Made by a program: the position numbers and the translations under genes
Part shown: positions 1 to 15,055 of the stretch, one piece after another
How positions within the stretch are numbered: the first letter of the stretch is position 1
Layout: every line of letters starts with the position of its first letter
Source of the DNA: Octopus vulgaris
Lineage: Eukaryota
Length of the DNA: 64,000 nt
Direction: 5' to 3'
Assembly: GCA_951406725.2 (NCBI GenBank)
Contig: OX597819.1
Location: forward strand, 64,232,001 to 64,296,000
Notes under the pieces: model-generated
Database searches by the model: none
What the model was told of the DNA's origin: nothing
The model's input: the letters and a program-made list of their open reading frames with translations, nothing else

Positions 1-34
1 TTCCTCTTTTAATAATGGTTGTTGTAGACTGCAA

Positions 35-345
35 GCTGGCAGAAACGTTAGCACGCCGGGCGAAATGCGTAGCGGTATTTTATCTGCTGTCGTTACGCTC
101 TGAGTTCAAATTCCGCCGAGAACGACTTTGCCTTTCATCCCTTCGGGGTCGATTAAATAAGTACCAGTTACACATTGGGGTCGATGTAATCAACTTAATC
201 AGTTTGTCTGTCCTTGTTTGTCCGCTCTGTGTTTAGCCACTTGTGGGTAGTAAAGAAATAGGTATTTCGTCTGTCTTTATGCTCTGAGTTCAAATTTTTC
301 AGAGGTCGACTTCGCCTTTCATCCTTTCGGGTCGATAAATTAAGA
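35..345 (+). mobile_element. tRNA-derived SINE family A, partial dimer
   Basis: ggcagaaacgttagcacgccgggcgaaatgc..gagttcaaattccgccga (B-box-like)..ctttgcctttcatcc..ggggtcgat; recurs throughout the window. Confidence 0.8.
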
Positions 346-407
346 GTAAAGATTGAGGAAAGAACCTCTCCCCAAAATATCTTAACTGTATCAAGGAATT
401 TCCAAAA

Positions 408-485
<78 letters not shown>

Positions 486-525
486 ATATATATATATTTA
501 TGTATAATATATATATATATGTATG

Positions 526-558
<33 letters not shown>

Positions 559-663
559 AATATATATGTATATATATATATATATATCATAATAATATAG
601 AAATATATGTGTGTATATATCATAAAAATAAAAATATAAACATATATATGTATATATGTATAT

Positions 664-724
<61 letters not shown>

Positions 725-789
725 AGTGTATATATGCATTCATGGGTACAGGATGTCACCAACTGTGTAAACAATATTTAGTATGAAAG

Positions 790-1110
790 CAAATGAGTTA
801 AATACGCAAACAACGAGAAGAAAAAATGGAAAGCATGAAAAGTAACACAAAGAACAACCCTTTATCAGTTGTCGGCTGCCTATTTACCCCTCGTTTCGAA
901 CATTCGGCAATAATATGAGAATTTGAGGACAGTTACTCCCATATATTCCAAAATGAAACTTTGTATTTATGGAGGATCAAAACAGGACAGTGATAACATA
1001 CAAGGAAAAACCAACGACAACAGACATGAATAGTCGTTAGACCAGACTAAGAGGAAAATACTGAACACCGGGAAGAATATTTTCTTTGAAACAAGAAAAG
1101 ATAGAAGGCA
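790..1110. repeat. Interspersed repeat of unknown class (related copies at ~2690-2950 and ~63600-63712)
   Basis: Shared blocks (t)cagttgt..ttcga(a/g)c(a/g)tt; the first two copies also share gacagtt..ccc(a)t..atttatggagg and cgttagacca..gaggaaaata. Confidence 0.5.
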
Positions 1111-1344
1111 GAAATAGAACGTTATGCAGGAAAAGAAAGATGCTCGCGTGAGGAAAAGAAAGATGGACAATGTTCACGTGTGAGCAACGAGAGAGAGAAG
1201 AAGAGAAAGAGGAGAGAGAGAAAGGGACAGATAGAAAACAATATAAATTAGAATTGCATCAAAAAGGTCAAGATAAACTTACTTGGGAATGGCTGCGTGG
1301 TGTTCAATTAAGTAATAATAATGATATAAAAATATATGTATATT

Positions 1345-1380
<36 letters not shown>

Positions 1381-1537
1381 TGTAAGTGTTTATATATGTA
1401 TTTATGTATGTAGGTTCCTATGTCTATGTATGTATGTATGTATGTATGTATATATACATACATATATATGTATATATCTATCTATCTCTTTATGTATATA
1501 TGGATGGATGTATCTATCAATATATATATATATATAT

Positions 1538-1581
<44 letters not shown>

Positions 1582-1921
1582 AAAAAAACAAAAGACGAAG
1601 ACAGGTGGTGTAGAAAACAAAGAGAAACACTCCCAGACCCTCGGGAATTGTTGTATATATATTTAGTCCCTCTCCTCTTCTCCTATCTCAATCTCTAGTT
1701 ATATGATTATATTTACAAATGTATATAATATAAGGTATTTTTCATATATCTCTTTACATGGTTTCAAAAATACGTACACATTGGTAGATTCATAAAAGCA
1801 TGCTAACGCACTCATTCACGCAAAAGTGTCGTATACTTATTTATATATATCACTCTGAATGTTTATATACATACATATATATATATATATATGTGTGTCT
1901 GTGTGTGTGTGTATGTGTATG

Positions 1922-1971
<50 letters not shown>

Positions 1972-2351
1972 TAGATACATATACAAAGGCACGCTTTTCT
2001 CTTCTGGAATATGCATTATGATTGATAAGTTGTCTGCAAAACATGACAGGAGAGTAAGACGCTTCGAGATATACACTTGAGCATTACATATGCTTATTAC
2101 GTAAGTAAGCAAAAAAAAAAAAATACATGTACAACATTGCCCCTCCCTCAATATGTTACAATTGCAGTTTATAACATTCTCTTTTTGTCTGTCTTCCTCA
2201 TATTTTCCCCACTTCTGTACTCCGCTTATCCAAAACCCAAAGTAGTAAAAGATACACACGTGGGCTCACATACTGACGTACGGAAACCAACTTATGATCG
2301 ATGATATTGAAATATTATATTGAATGCAAAGACATATACATACATATATAC

Positions 2352-2352
<1 letters not shown>

Positions 2353-2431
<79 letters not shown>

Positions 2432-2480
2432 CTATGTATCTATCTATATATTTATATATCTATCTATCTATATTTCTCTC

Positions 2481-2532
<52 letters not shown>
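2353..2532. repeat. (ATCT)n plus (TA)n; representative of the dozens of (TA)n, (TG)n and (TATG)n microsatellites across the window
   Basis: Directly visible. Confidence 0.95.
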
Positions 2533-2533
<1 letters not shown>

Positions 2534-3277
2534 TTCCTTGGAAATGGACGCGTCGCGTTCAGTTAAATATTGAATAATATATAATATATACTATGCATGT
2601 ATATAAACGGTGCAAATAAGTTGAAATACATATAACATGAAATATATATATATAAGCGGTGTGTAAATATCATGAATTTCGTAAAATAAACGGAAAACAG
2701 GACAAGTGGACATATAAAAATGACCCTTCACCTGTTTTCAGTTGTCTATCTACTCATTTCGAGCGTTGAATGACAACATGAGCCTTGAAAGACAGTTGTT
2801 CCCATTAGTTCTAAAATGATATTGAGGATTTATGGAGGGTCAAAGTTGGAAACAAAAACATGAGAGTGAATACATACAAAGAAATCCAACGAAAACAAAG
2901 ATGGAGATACGTTAGACCAAAACGAGAGGAAAATAGTGTACGCTCGGAGAAACATGTTAAAGATATACATATGTGCGTCAAACTAATACCCCTGCTTGTT
3001 GTTTATATACCTCTATACATATATTGTTCTGGAACAATCAGTTGTATATATTTAACGCGAACATCTTTCTTTTCCTCTATGACGTTCTAAGGAACGGACG
3101 TCTTCTATTTCTCTCTTCTATCTTTTCTCTTTTCAAAGAAATGTAAGCACCAGTATGATGGCATCATTCATAACTAATATAGGCAAAGCCCATTGTGATC
3201 AGTGATGTGTAACAGCACCCGATAGCTTATAAGTGAATGTACCTCCCGATAGCGTATAAGTGAATGTACCTCTCGAC

Positions 3278-3323
<46 letters not shown>

Positions 3324-3326
<3 letters not shown>

Positions 3327-3530
3327 TGTTGTTCTCTTACTTGTTTCAATCATTTGACTATGTCTCTGCTGGAGCACCCCCTTTATTCGAAAAAATCGAT
3401 TCCAGAGCTTATCTCTTGTAAGCCTACTACTTATTCTAACGGATCATTTTGCCAAACCACTAAGTTACCTGGACGGAAACGCACCAACAACGATTGTCAT
3501 GCGATTGTGGGTGAACAATCACAAACACAC
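3324..3530 (-). mobile_element. SINE family B, 3' half
   Basis: cttacttgtttcaatcatttgact..gctggagcacc..ttgccaaaccactaagttac. Confidence 0.7.
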
Positions 3531-3595
3531 AAATACATACACACAAATACATACACACACACAAATACATACACACACACACACACACACACTCA

Positions 3596-3749
<154 letters not shown>

Positions 3750-4012
3750 CATACATACACAACTGGCTTTATAACATGTATTATGTTGACAATGGAATTT
3801 AATTTTTGTAATTCTAGTCCAGAAACGCATCCATAATTAATCGAAGACTGTGTGATTTCATTATTTTTCTTCTTCTTGCTTATGTGAGTTACAACTATTG
3901 TTATCTCTGGAGTCATATTTTGTAGTGAAAAGAAATAACGGTCTTTTGGCTGCTATTTCTAAATTTCTGTATGTGGTGAAGCAACATGTTGCTAATCCAT
4001 TACTTATAATTA

Positions 4013-4086
<74 letters not shown>

Positions 4087-4639
4087 TGTATGTATGTATG
4101 TATGTATGTATGTATGTATGTATGTATATGGTGCATAGAATTTCATACACGGAGAGAAGTCAAGCATGTGGATTTCTTAAATGCCAAAAATGGCAGCCAA
4201 GCCCATACACAAAAATAAATGTTCTTTGAAGGCATGTTGCTTGTAGTCGACCAGAATATATAGATTTATAAAAATCTCAGTTAACCTTATATATAGGTGT
4301 TTCACTACTAGTGATCAATTAAATCTATTGATTAGTCAATCAGTTGATTAATTAGCCATCCGTGGATCCTCAGTAAGATTGCTGGAAAAAACATAATTAT
4401 GATAGTATAATACATACAAAGAAAAAAAAAAACGTGCGTATGTATTTCCAACTTTACACACGTTAAATTAGATATCCTTAAAACACCATGCCGAGCCAGA
4501 ATTGTCTACAGGTTGATCTCTCAGGGTATAAAATTATATGCACTGTTTTATAGAAATATCTGTCTTCTGACATTTAATTACGCATGCCGACCACTGGTAA
4601 AAGTTATTATTATTATTTTCAATAATTTTACAGGTGTAT

Positions 4640-4703
<64 letters not shown>

Positions 4704-5271
4704 TCTCATAAAGATATCGCAGTAATTTCTGTTCTATGACAACTGGTAGACTCTGTTTCCTTTAATCTATTCTCTCGCAAACATTAAATTTTTCTTTCTT
4801 CTAGGAGGAAATCTTTAAAATCCGACAAGGCATTTGTCATCCATTTTCGTATTATTACCAGACGATTTTCTTGCGTCTGACAAAATTGAACTTATATCAA
4901 GATATTTCTGTACAGAAAACAATGTATTAATACCAAATTACAAAATGAGAGTAATGTTTGCAATAAACTGCTTCATTGAGAGTTTGATTTAAATTTTATG
5001 AAAGAAAGAACGATATCCTTAAAAAGAAAAAAAAGAGATAAAAACTAATTCTAGAAACTTTCTCACATTATGCGGTCATGCATATTTCGAAAACTGAAAC
5101 CCCGTTCTACATGACAACTATGTGCGTATTAGATATTATCACGCGGAGCCATTATATATTATTATTAAGCATGAAAATATATGGAAGCGGGGCATTTCCA
5201 TCGCGAACTTTGATAGTATATTAATGATATTTGTGTTTTTCTTTCGTGAATTAATTAATATTAGGAAAGCG

Positions 5272-5885
5272 ATGGCGGCCTGCTTGCAGAAACCTTAGCA
5301 CGCCGGGCGAAATGCTTACCGTTATGTCGTCTGTCTTTACGTTCTGAGTTCATATTCCGCCGATGTCGACTTAGCCTTTCATCCCTTTCGGGGTCGATTA
5401 AATAAGTACCAGTTACGCACTGGGGTCGATATAATCGATTTAATCCCTTTGTCTGTTCTTGTTTGTACTCTCTGTGTTTAGCCCTTTCTGGGTGGTAAAG
5501 AAATAGGCATTTCGTCTGCCGTTTCGTTCTGAGTTCAAATTCCGCCGAGGTCGACTTTGCCTTTCATCGTTTCGGGGTCGATAAATTAAGTACCAGTTAC
5601 ACACTGGGGTAGATGTAATCGGCTTAATCCTATTTTCTGTTCTTGTTTGTCCCCTTTATGTTTAGCCTCTTGTGAGCAATAAAGAAATAAGAAACGTTAG
5701 CACGCTAGGCGAAATGCTTAGCGGCATTTCGTCTGTCTTTACTTTCTATGTTTAAATTCCACCGAGGTCGACTTTGCTTTTCATCCTTTCAGGGTCAATA
5801 AATTACGAACCTGTTGCGTATTGATCTCGATGTAATCAACTGGGCTCCCCCACCACAAAATTCCTGGCCTTGTTCCTAGAAAAGA
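5272..5885 (+). mobile_element. SINE family A, head-to-tail multimer (~3 units)
   Basis: The core gttctgagttcaaattccgccgaggtcgactttgcctttcatcc recurs at ~5340, ~5527 and ~5745. Confidence 0.8.
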
Positions 5886-6207
5886 ATATTGGGAAAGCAT
5901 ATTTCAACATCTTGAAAGTTTACTTAACACATTTTACATTCTGCAGGCAATAAAGAGAAATGTAACAAATTCAAGACTAGAATCTTCTTATTTTAGTGTT
6001 TCAAGGTGTAACTTTATGCCTAAACATGAACATTTTTCTTATCGCTTGGTTCTGAGTTAATTGGTTTGTGTGTCCGAGGGCTCAGATCATAGTTGAATAC
6101 ATTTCCCAATGATTTTCATTACTGCTTGGTTTTCACCAAAATAGCCGTTTAAATTTAACACAACGAAACAATCTTCATGAAAGTTCTCCTTGAAGAGCAA
6201 GCTCACA

Positions 6208-6238
<31 letters not shown>

Positions 6239-6272
6239 TGTATGTATGTATGTATGTATGTATGTATGTATG

Positions 6273-6313
<41 letters not shown>

Positions 6314-6521
6314 TATGGAGATGTACTCGCATAGCAAGTGATTTGATCTGAGAACGTGTGCTGGAACGAAAACAATTGCAGCGTGGAAGGTATTTGTAAG
6401 CTATTTAAGAAACACACAAATGCCGTTCAATTTACTTCAACATTTAAGTTTAATTTGTCAAAATATTTTCGTCGCTAAAATCCGCGACCTGTTCACTGCC
6501 AAAAATCCGTGCTGCATCTCA

Positions 6522-6558
<37 letters not shown>

Positions 6559-6580
6559 TATATATATATAATATAATATG

Positions 6581-6646
<66 letters not shown>

Positions 6647-6732
6647 TGTATAAGTATGTATATATATATATATGTATGTAAATGTATGTATATATATGCA
6701 TACATATGTATATATATATATGTATATTCATG

Positions 6733-6802
<70 letters not shown>

Positions 6803-8682
6803 TGTATGTATGTATGTATGTATGTATGTGTATATGTATGTGTGTATGTGTGTCCGGGTACGCATATATGTACACACAGATACATATTCTCTACTTGTGT
6901 TGCTGAATTTTAATTCTATCTTCTTTGTATATACTTTTCTTAATCGTGGATTTTCAGCTTTTTTTTTCGTTCGCCTATCAAATTATTAGCTATAAAATAA
7001 GATTCAACCAATTATCCAGAAATGATGTGGCGTGACATTTCCAAAGTTGATCCTTTCATATGTCATAACGTAAGGTTCAACTTGCCACAGAAGCTCATTT
7101 AATATATTTTGTGACAAGATTAGCAGCGTCTATAGAGATGTTCTCAAATTATTATCCGAAAGTAACTATCATGAAAAATTTTTTATATTTGTTGAATAAA
7201 AAATTATGTGCAAGCAGCTTTCGACTTTTACGCAAATTTGGAATAAATAAGTGAGTATTTATTAGCAAATTTAACAATAAGTGAGTATTTATTAGCAAAT
7301 TTAACAATGCTTAGTATAGTAATAAAATCAGCATGAATAATAGTCGATAGAGCAAGTTATATTCACTAAAGCACTCCGAATTCTGTCATAGTTACAGTAC
7401 ATATATTGCTGGAGTCGGCCTGAAAATATATTCAGTGTTACTGCATTATTTAAGCGATGGTTCTTTTCTCCATCTTCCCCGCGAAAACAATAATGTTTTT
7501 ACCCCTAATTTCGGCCGCCACTGGTCAGGCTATCCAGCCACACTCGATTCCTCTGATTTGATCAAACCTGTTTTCCCCTGAGATAACTACTACAAGTCCC
7601 TTCTGCCAAGAACGTCCTTCCTTAGGAATTCCCTTTATGTGGTAGGTACAGCAGTAATATTAACGGAACCAGCTAGCCGAAACTCAAGAAACCTCCGAAG
7701 GCAATGGCTTTTCTACCTTTCAGCAGATACAGCAAGTAAAATTAAATGAAATGCAGTAGTATATTTTTCTGCTACTTAACGAACGCGATAACCATCAAAA
7801 AACTACATTTACCATTGGGTGAAGGCAGCTGTAGCCAACAGAAACAAATATTACAAATGTGATTCGCATTTTGTAACAATAGAGGAGAAATATATCCCGA
7901 GTTATAAAAAAATTTCTTTCATTTTAACCAACCAGCATTCGAAAGAAATTCGTGCTTTGCTTAACTTAATACACGGCTGATAGAAAAACACAAAAGAACC
8001 AAATGCACATACACAAAAATGAAATAAGCTGGAATGATATAAATTTGGAAAGAAATAGGATCTTAGTTCTAAAATCGTAAAGTAACAAGAAAAATGTATT
8101 GGTAAGCAGCGAATGCCATAGAAACAGATTGAAGGATTTAGTATCAAATCACCAATTTATTATTTCTAAATTCCAAGTGGAGATGGATGTCGTCAACAAT
8201 ATGGTGTTGCTGAAAAGTTGACTTTAACGGAGAACGAAATAAAAACGAAATAATATATTAACAATACACATACACACACACACACGCACATAAGAATGCA
8301 TATATGAAGATTCTTACAGAGCTCAACACACACAGACACACACATACACATATATATATTTTCATGTATTTTCTTTCCTAATTTCATTGTTGTATGCATA
8401 TATGTATGCACATCTAAATATATACAAATCTATAAGTTTATATCTTCATTTTTTTTTTCTGTAGCTCTTAGTATTGCTCAAAGTTATGATCCTTTTAACG
8501 TGACAGCCATTATATATCACATATATCTTCATATCGGAAGTGCTTCTTGTGTTATGACATATTTTATTATTGATTGCTTGGGTTTTGTAAGTGTACGGAT
8601 GATATTTTTTTTCTTTCTATATTTTTCGCCATATACAAAATATGTATTGTTCTCTTCCTGTTTCTGTGTTCTCTGTCCTATG

Positions 8683-8714
<32 letters not shown>

Positions 8715-8716
8715 TG

Positions 8717-8768
<52 letters not shown>

Positions 8769-10502
8769 TATATATATATACATGTATATATATATATAAA
8801 TATATGTACATATATACATACAAATAAATTTATATATATGTATGTATTTACGTGTGTTCTATATATATTTTCACTCTATATGTGTGTCTCTCTCTCCCAA
8901 TATATATCTATATATATATTTAAATACACACACATGCAAACACACACATATATATATATATACATAGCTACATACATATATGTGCGTCTGAGTTTGTGTA
9001 TATGTATATTATTCAATTTTGTATGTGTGCGTACGTGTGCGTACGTGGATAGGTATAAGTGTAGATGTACATATGTGTACATACACATATGTTTATAACC
9101 GTGTGTGTGTATGTTGTAAATACCTCCATTCCTAATATCTTTCCTTGCCGGTCCCATAGTATACAGGAATCTGTGCCTATGTGAATGCACATAGACACAG
9201 GTAACTACACACACACACAAATACACATAAACATACCCATACACACACACACACATACACATAAAGGCACATTACGTTTTATTATTTTCTTTCATCACTT
9301 CAATTCATCTTACTTATATATCGCTATGATATGTCAAGTAAGAAGTGCTTCCATTGTGTTACGTCGTATTTTTTTACTATGGCTTCAGACACCATAACTT
9401 TCGACTGAAAGAATATTTTGTTTGTAGTTGACAAGCTTCTATTGATATCATATGTGATATCGGAAATTATCACAATAGTCTAATGTGTAAAACCTATACC
9501 AAATATATTCAAATGCATGTGTGTAAAACATTCAGAATCTGCATCAGTTTTCTTCACTATGCTCCGTATCCCTTCCGCTCTCAAAACAACTACATCTTCA
9601 CAAGCGTACGACAGACACACATATACAACTATATAATCACACACACGCTCGCATGCACACAGACGTAGGTATTGTTGAGATCTAGGATTTTAAGTTTCAG
9701 CTTCGAGTTCTTTGGTATCTTGGATAATTTCATTAGTTATATCTTTGGATATTCAATTCTAGCCTCATTGAGAAAATAGCACAATGAAATGCTTCACTAC
9801 AGATTCTTACTCTATCATTGATCGACAGGGTGGGATTTGAGCCGATTCTTTTGCAGTTACCGTATTTCTTTTTCTATGAGATAAATATAACTGACACTGT
9901 TTTATGTAAACTGAAGGGCAAGTTTAGCGCTTTCTCAATATCTTTGATATTCTGTAGGCTCTTTTTAGAATGTCTTATAGAACGAGAAATCATGACAACA
10001 CTAAGATCGCTTCGAATTTGTACACAGGAAGTTTATCAATTTTCAGAGGAGATCTAATACTAAGTCAATTCACAGAATGACACAGATATGAAGATGATGA
10101 TGATGCAAATGAACAAATAAAACTGTTTGGGTTTGATATATTAAATACACATACACGCATACATATAAATAGAAAGAGAGCAAAGACTGACATTTAAAAA
10201 AAAAAATCAAATCAAGTTATTTATCTATTCACCCTGAAGACGGATGTCGGACCATCCGAATGTTTATATTCTTCTACTACAGGCTGAATATTCTTGTGAA
10301 ATACATCTGCCAATATTTATGACGTAATTCGGAGTCCCCAGATACAGCTCTCGAACCTGTAACACCATATCGTCTCTCCTTCATTTTTTTTGTACCATTG
10401 TACTCTTTGTAATTTTGCACAGTTAATATATACGTATCTCAATCTTTATCCATGAATATTCATCATCTGAAACGTTACAATCTTTGCCTTCTCTCTAACC
10501 TC

Positions 10503-10568
<66 letters not shown>

Positions 10569-10617
10569 GTATATTTTATATATCAAACCCAATCAGTTTT
10601 ATTTGTTTCTTTGCATA

Positions 10618-10900
10618 TCTCTTATATAAAATCCGTTCTGTCTGTGTGTGCCTTCTCGGATCTCAGGTATCCTCCATCCGATTGCGCTGAAATTTCATAT
10701 GTAGATACCTGCGGTATCAGGGCGTGTATAAGTCTTGCAAAAATTACAAAAGTCGACTCCAGGTCAGAATGCGATCGATAAAGCCGTTTTTGTCCTGCTT
10801 TTCTTCCGTCAACCTGTACATAACTGTACCTTCCATTTTTTGTCGTTTTTGTATTGCTTAAAGGCACGTTCCTTTCCTACTTAGATTACTGTTTCTATTT
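10618..10900 (+). mobile_element. Non-autonomous Helitron/Helentron-like repeat fragment
   Basis: TC start followed by TTATATAAAA..TGTCTGTGTG and the ccgattgcgctgaaatttca motif typical of such elements. The 3' end is not identified. Confidence 0.4.
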
Positions 10901-12394
10901 AGATTACTCTTTCTATTTATAACATGTTTGCGTTCTCCCAGTCAACAGCCTTGTCATTACTGGTACTTTAAACTCTTCGGTTGCATATTCGTGTGAATAA
11001 AATCGTTTTTCTTTGGAATAGAAAAAAGTCTATCTTTATTTCTTCTTTTGCTGGTGTCTCAAATTTAGGTTAAATCAGTGTGTCTCAATGGGGAGGCCTA
11101 TGGGACGTTAAGACAAGTTGTTTTGAGAAAATTTGGTTTAAATGTTTGACAACTCAGCACCATCCAGTGGACAGGAGCGTTTTGCTCGTCTCTTTATATT
11201 TATAACGATGACAGAAGAAATTATATTGTGTAGCAGACAACCCCCTTCTTCTATTTCTTTGTCCTCTAATACTATATAGTAGGACTGATCTTATGTCTAC
11301 TCACTATATTCCCAGCTAAAACAGTCACATATTTTAATTTCGAATCTTCCGGACCTTTCCCAAATATGTATAAATCCCAGGCATCCAGATGTTTATTAGA
11401 GTGAAAGTGACTAAATTGCAGGTACTGATAATATATTTTGAATGTTTCACTTCGATCTACGAGTCCCTCCAGACAGGCTTCTTTATCTCTGATAATTTGT
11501 ACCGAGTTTGGTATGCCGTTATTTAACATAAACGGTTTTGCGTTGAAGTGTCAGCATATTGCTTGTAGATAGAGCTCCCAGTTCAAGAGAGTCTGTGAGT
11601 ATAAAGAGACCGGTGAGAACTAGACAGCTCTAAACACTAGTCAGGTTTATCTGTCCATTTTATGTTTGAATTGATCTCTTACACCTTAGATTTTCAAACA
11701 TTATATGTTGCTAGTCATTGATCATTTAAGCGCATACTATTTGCAGGCGTTAGAGTCGACAGCTATTTCCACTCAGTAATATGCGTAAGCTTCCACCTGC
11801 AAGCACATACATGTTGTAAACGAATAAGCGTTATGCATCAGGGCTTCCATTATTTCGATTATTAAAACATAATTTAGCCATTGTTGCGGTTAGATTAGCT
11901 TGTCTGCTTTTGCGGATCATCGGGAAATTTTATTCTCTAATTTATTTATTAAGATGTTTTTTCATTTCGTATATTTCAGAAAAAAAAAAAAAACTGGTAT
12001 ATAATTTGATTTTTGAGATATTTGACTATTATTTTGTTACTACTTAAATAAAACTAATATTTCATGTATAATTAGTTATTAGTGTGCGCTAAATTCTTCT
12101 TTTGTAAATACAAGTTAGGTTTCATTTTATTTCTTCGTGTGTTCTTAATCCACTAACAAAATCTTTTCTTCTTATATCTCAGCAGCCATATTTTGTTCCC
12201 TGTGTTGTTTCTTCATTGTAGATTTCTATTAGCATCACATTCCATCCTATTAGCGAACAGAATAGATATATTCTCTTTTGATGAATTAGTAGTTGATTTC
12301 CTACTTTCAAAATATATCCAATTCATTTCATGTTGAAGACTTATATTTTTGTAGCTCATATCGTTGGGATATTTGTATACTTTGAGTTATAGAA

Positions 12395-13005
12395 TTGATT
12401 TCTGTTTTTTTCAATATTAGTCTCGCCAGACTGCAGCGTGCGGACAGAATCGTTACAGCACCGGTTAGCACGCAGTATTTCGTCAGTCTTTACGTTCTAA
12501 GTTCAAATTCCGCCGAGGTCGACTTTGCCTTTCATTCTTTCGGGGTGGATAAATTAAGTACCATGTGCCTAGAGTAGAAAAGAGTAGACAAGGCGATGAG
12601 CTGGTAGAAAAGTTAGCAAGCCAGGCGAAATACTTAGTAGTATTTCGTCTGTCTTTACGTTGTGAATTCAAATTACTCTGAGGTCGACGCTGCATTTCAT
12701 TCTTTCGGAGTCGATAAATTAAATACCAGTTGCGTACTGGAGTCGATCTAATCGACTGGCCCGTTCCCCCAAATTTTGGACTTTGTGCCTAGAGTAGAAA
12801 CAAACGGATATATGTCAGAAAAAAAGGCGGCGAGATGCTTAGAGGTATTTCGACTGTCTGTACGTTCTGAGTTCAAATTCCGCAGGGTTAGACTTAGGCC
12901 TTCATGTTTTCAAGGAATGATAAATTAAGTACCACTTGCGTAGAGGGGTCGATCTAATCGACCTGCTCCTCCCCAAAAGTTCAGGTTTGTGCCTAGAGTA
13001 CAAAA
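12395..13005 (+). mobile_element. SINE family A, head-to-tail multimer (~3 units)
   Basis: The same core recurs at ~12495, ~12660 and ~12865, with tail gtgcctagagtagaaa. Confidence 0.8.
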
Positions 13006-14004
13006 AAATTTATGTCAGAGAACTTATCTATATATGCTATTTCCTTCTTTCGTTTGCTTTAAAAATAGTCTTTGTATTTTTACTAATGAGAAATATACAC
13101 TGTTTCTCAGCATACGTTTTAACAACCATTTGAATATATTGAGTGATGTAACAGATGCATCAGTTACATTTGCATACTCCAAATAAGATCACATTTGACA
13201 TTCTTGTGTATTTCGTTTCATCTATTTAATAATAATATAAAGTTATATAGTAAGAAAACGCACTCCAGTTTTTATCTAACCCCATCATACCATAGCCAAG
13301 TAGTCTACCTTAGAAATTTGATTTATTATTTAACTCGAGACTTTATTATTACTATTGGCGTCACGCATGGGTTCCACGCTCAAATCATCGCTGGTGAGAT
13401 TTCTCTATTTTTGATTGTTTTTTTACATTTTCCAGCTGTTGAAATTGTAATTATTGTTTGGTGAATGAATCCAAGAGCTCTCTAAAAGTGTGTTCACCCC
13501 GATCCAATCATAGAACGGGTTTTCCGCCCGTTCCGAAAACCTATCGGATAGATTTTTCAATCTAACCATTTTCACATCATGGCCAGCACTTGTCTAAACA
13601 GAGAAGCAGGTGTAGGAGAGAATGTATCTGCTTCGTCGACCCGAGGCATAGTAGTCACCCAATCGTATCGGACGCCACTCCCTTTGACTTATGTAAAGAA
13701 TCAACGGACACTAGCACCGTCACCAACACCAACACTACCGCTACCATCACCACTAACATCAACAACATTACCAACAGCCAAAACAAGACCACTAACACCA
13801 GCATGACCCGTGACAAATCCAACAACAACAGTAACGACATCAGCAAGTAACAAAACCGGCAGCAGCAACAACAATGTTTATATTATTACTATCAGCAGCA
13901 GTATCGACATCAACAAAAGCGCTGACGTCAACAACATATCAACAACCTTACTCATTTTGTATATATTTCGTAAAGATCTTATAAATATATCAAGCTTTGA
14001 TTAC

Positions 14005-14348
14005 TCACTTTTCTCGTTTACTCTCTTTTACTTGTGTCAGTAATTTGATTGTGGCCATGCTGGAGCACCGCTTTTAGTCGAGAAAATCGACCCCATGACT
14101 TATTCTTTGTAAGCCTAGTACATATGCTGTCAGTCTCTTTTGCCGAAACGCTAAGTTACGGGGACGTAAACACACAAGCAACGGTTGTCAAGCGATGTTG
14201 GGGTAGGGGACAAACACAGATACACAAACATATATACACACATACACACATATATATATATATATATACATATATACGACAGGCTTCCTTCAGTTTCCGT
14301 CTATAAATCCACTCACAAGGCTTTGGTCTGCCCGAGGCTATAGTAGAA
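14005..14348 (-). mobile_element. SINE family B, 5'-truncated
   Basis: Reverse complement of the family B body and tail. Confidence 0.8.
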
Positions 14349-14865
14349 ATCTTATATATAATAAATGTATAATCAGATATTGAGCTATTTAGTATGTAAG
14401 ACAAGTTTTTGTTGATGTATATGGAAAATAATTGTTTTTATTACTATAGCTGTTGATATTTTCATAGAGGAAGCCAAAAGAAAATATAGCGTGAACTTTT
14501 CAGTAAGGTAGGGGAGACAGCAACTAATATACCTGGATATTCTCAAATAATATTATTATTTTACAGAGATGTACATAGATTTACACCTATATACGTAAAT
14601 AGACGTACACACTGATATAGAAATAAATACACATATACTGATTTTTATATATACTCATACACATATACTTATGCGTATATATATAGCCATACACCATAAA
14701 TATTTATACATACACGCATACACATGCTCAAACATTCTTACATAACATTCTTACACAAACACACACACATACGCACTCGTTCAACACTTATACATACCTA
14801 CATGTATAATTTTTCTTTAAAAATTATATGGTTTCTAACCTGTATAACTGGACATTCAGATATAA

Positions 14866-14939
<74 letters not shown>

Positions 14940-14986
14940 AATTAAGGACTGCACACGAAAAGTGGACATCAATGTTTACCCTAAAT

Positions 14987-15055
<69 letters not shown>

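Noticed and set aside
4805-4955. Strong polypyrimidine acceptor (tttttctttcttctag)
   Set aside because: The downstream frames hit stops and give no recognisable protein.
7246-7305. 30-bp tandem duplication (similar short doublets at ~3218-3272 and ~17660-17690)
   Set aside because: These are two-copy slippage duplications, not CRISPR-like: no spacers, and the context is eukaryotic.
7480-7740. GC-richer island that superficially suggested an rRNA or coding fragment
   Set aside because: There is no match to rRNA signatures that I know and no open frame with motifs; it is probably an unclassified repeat.
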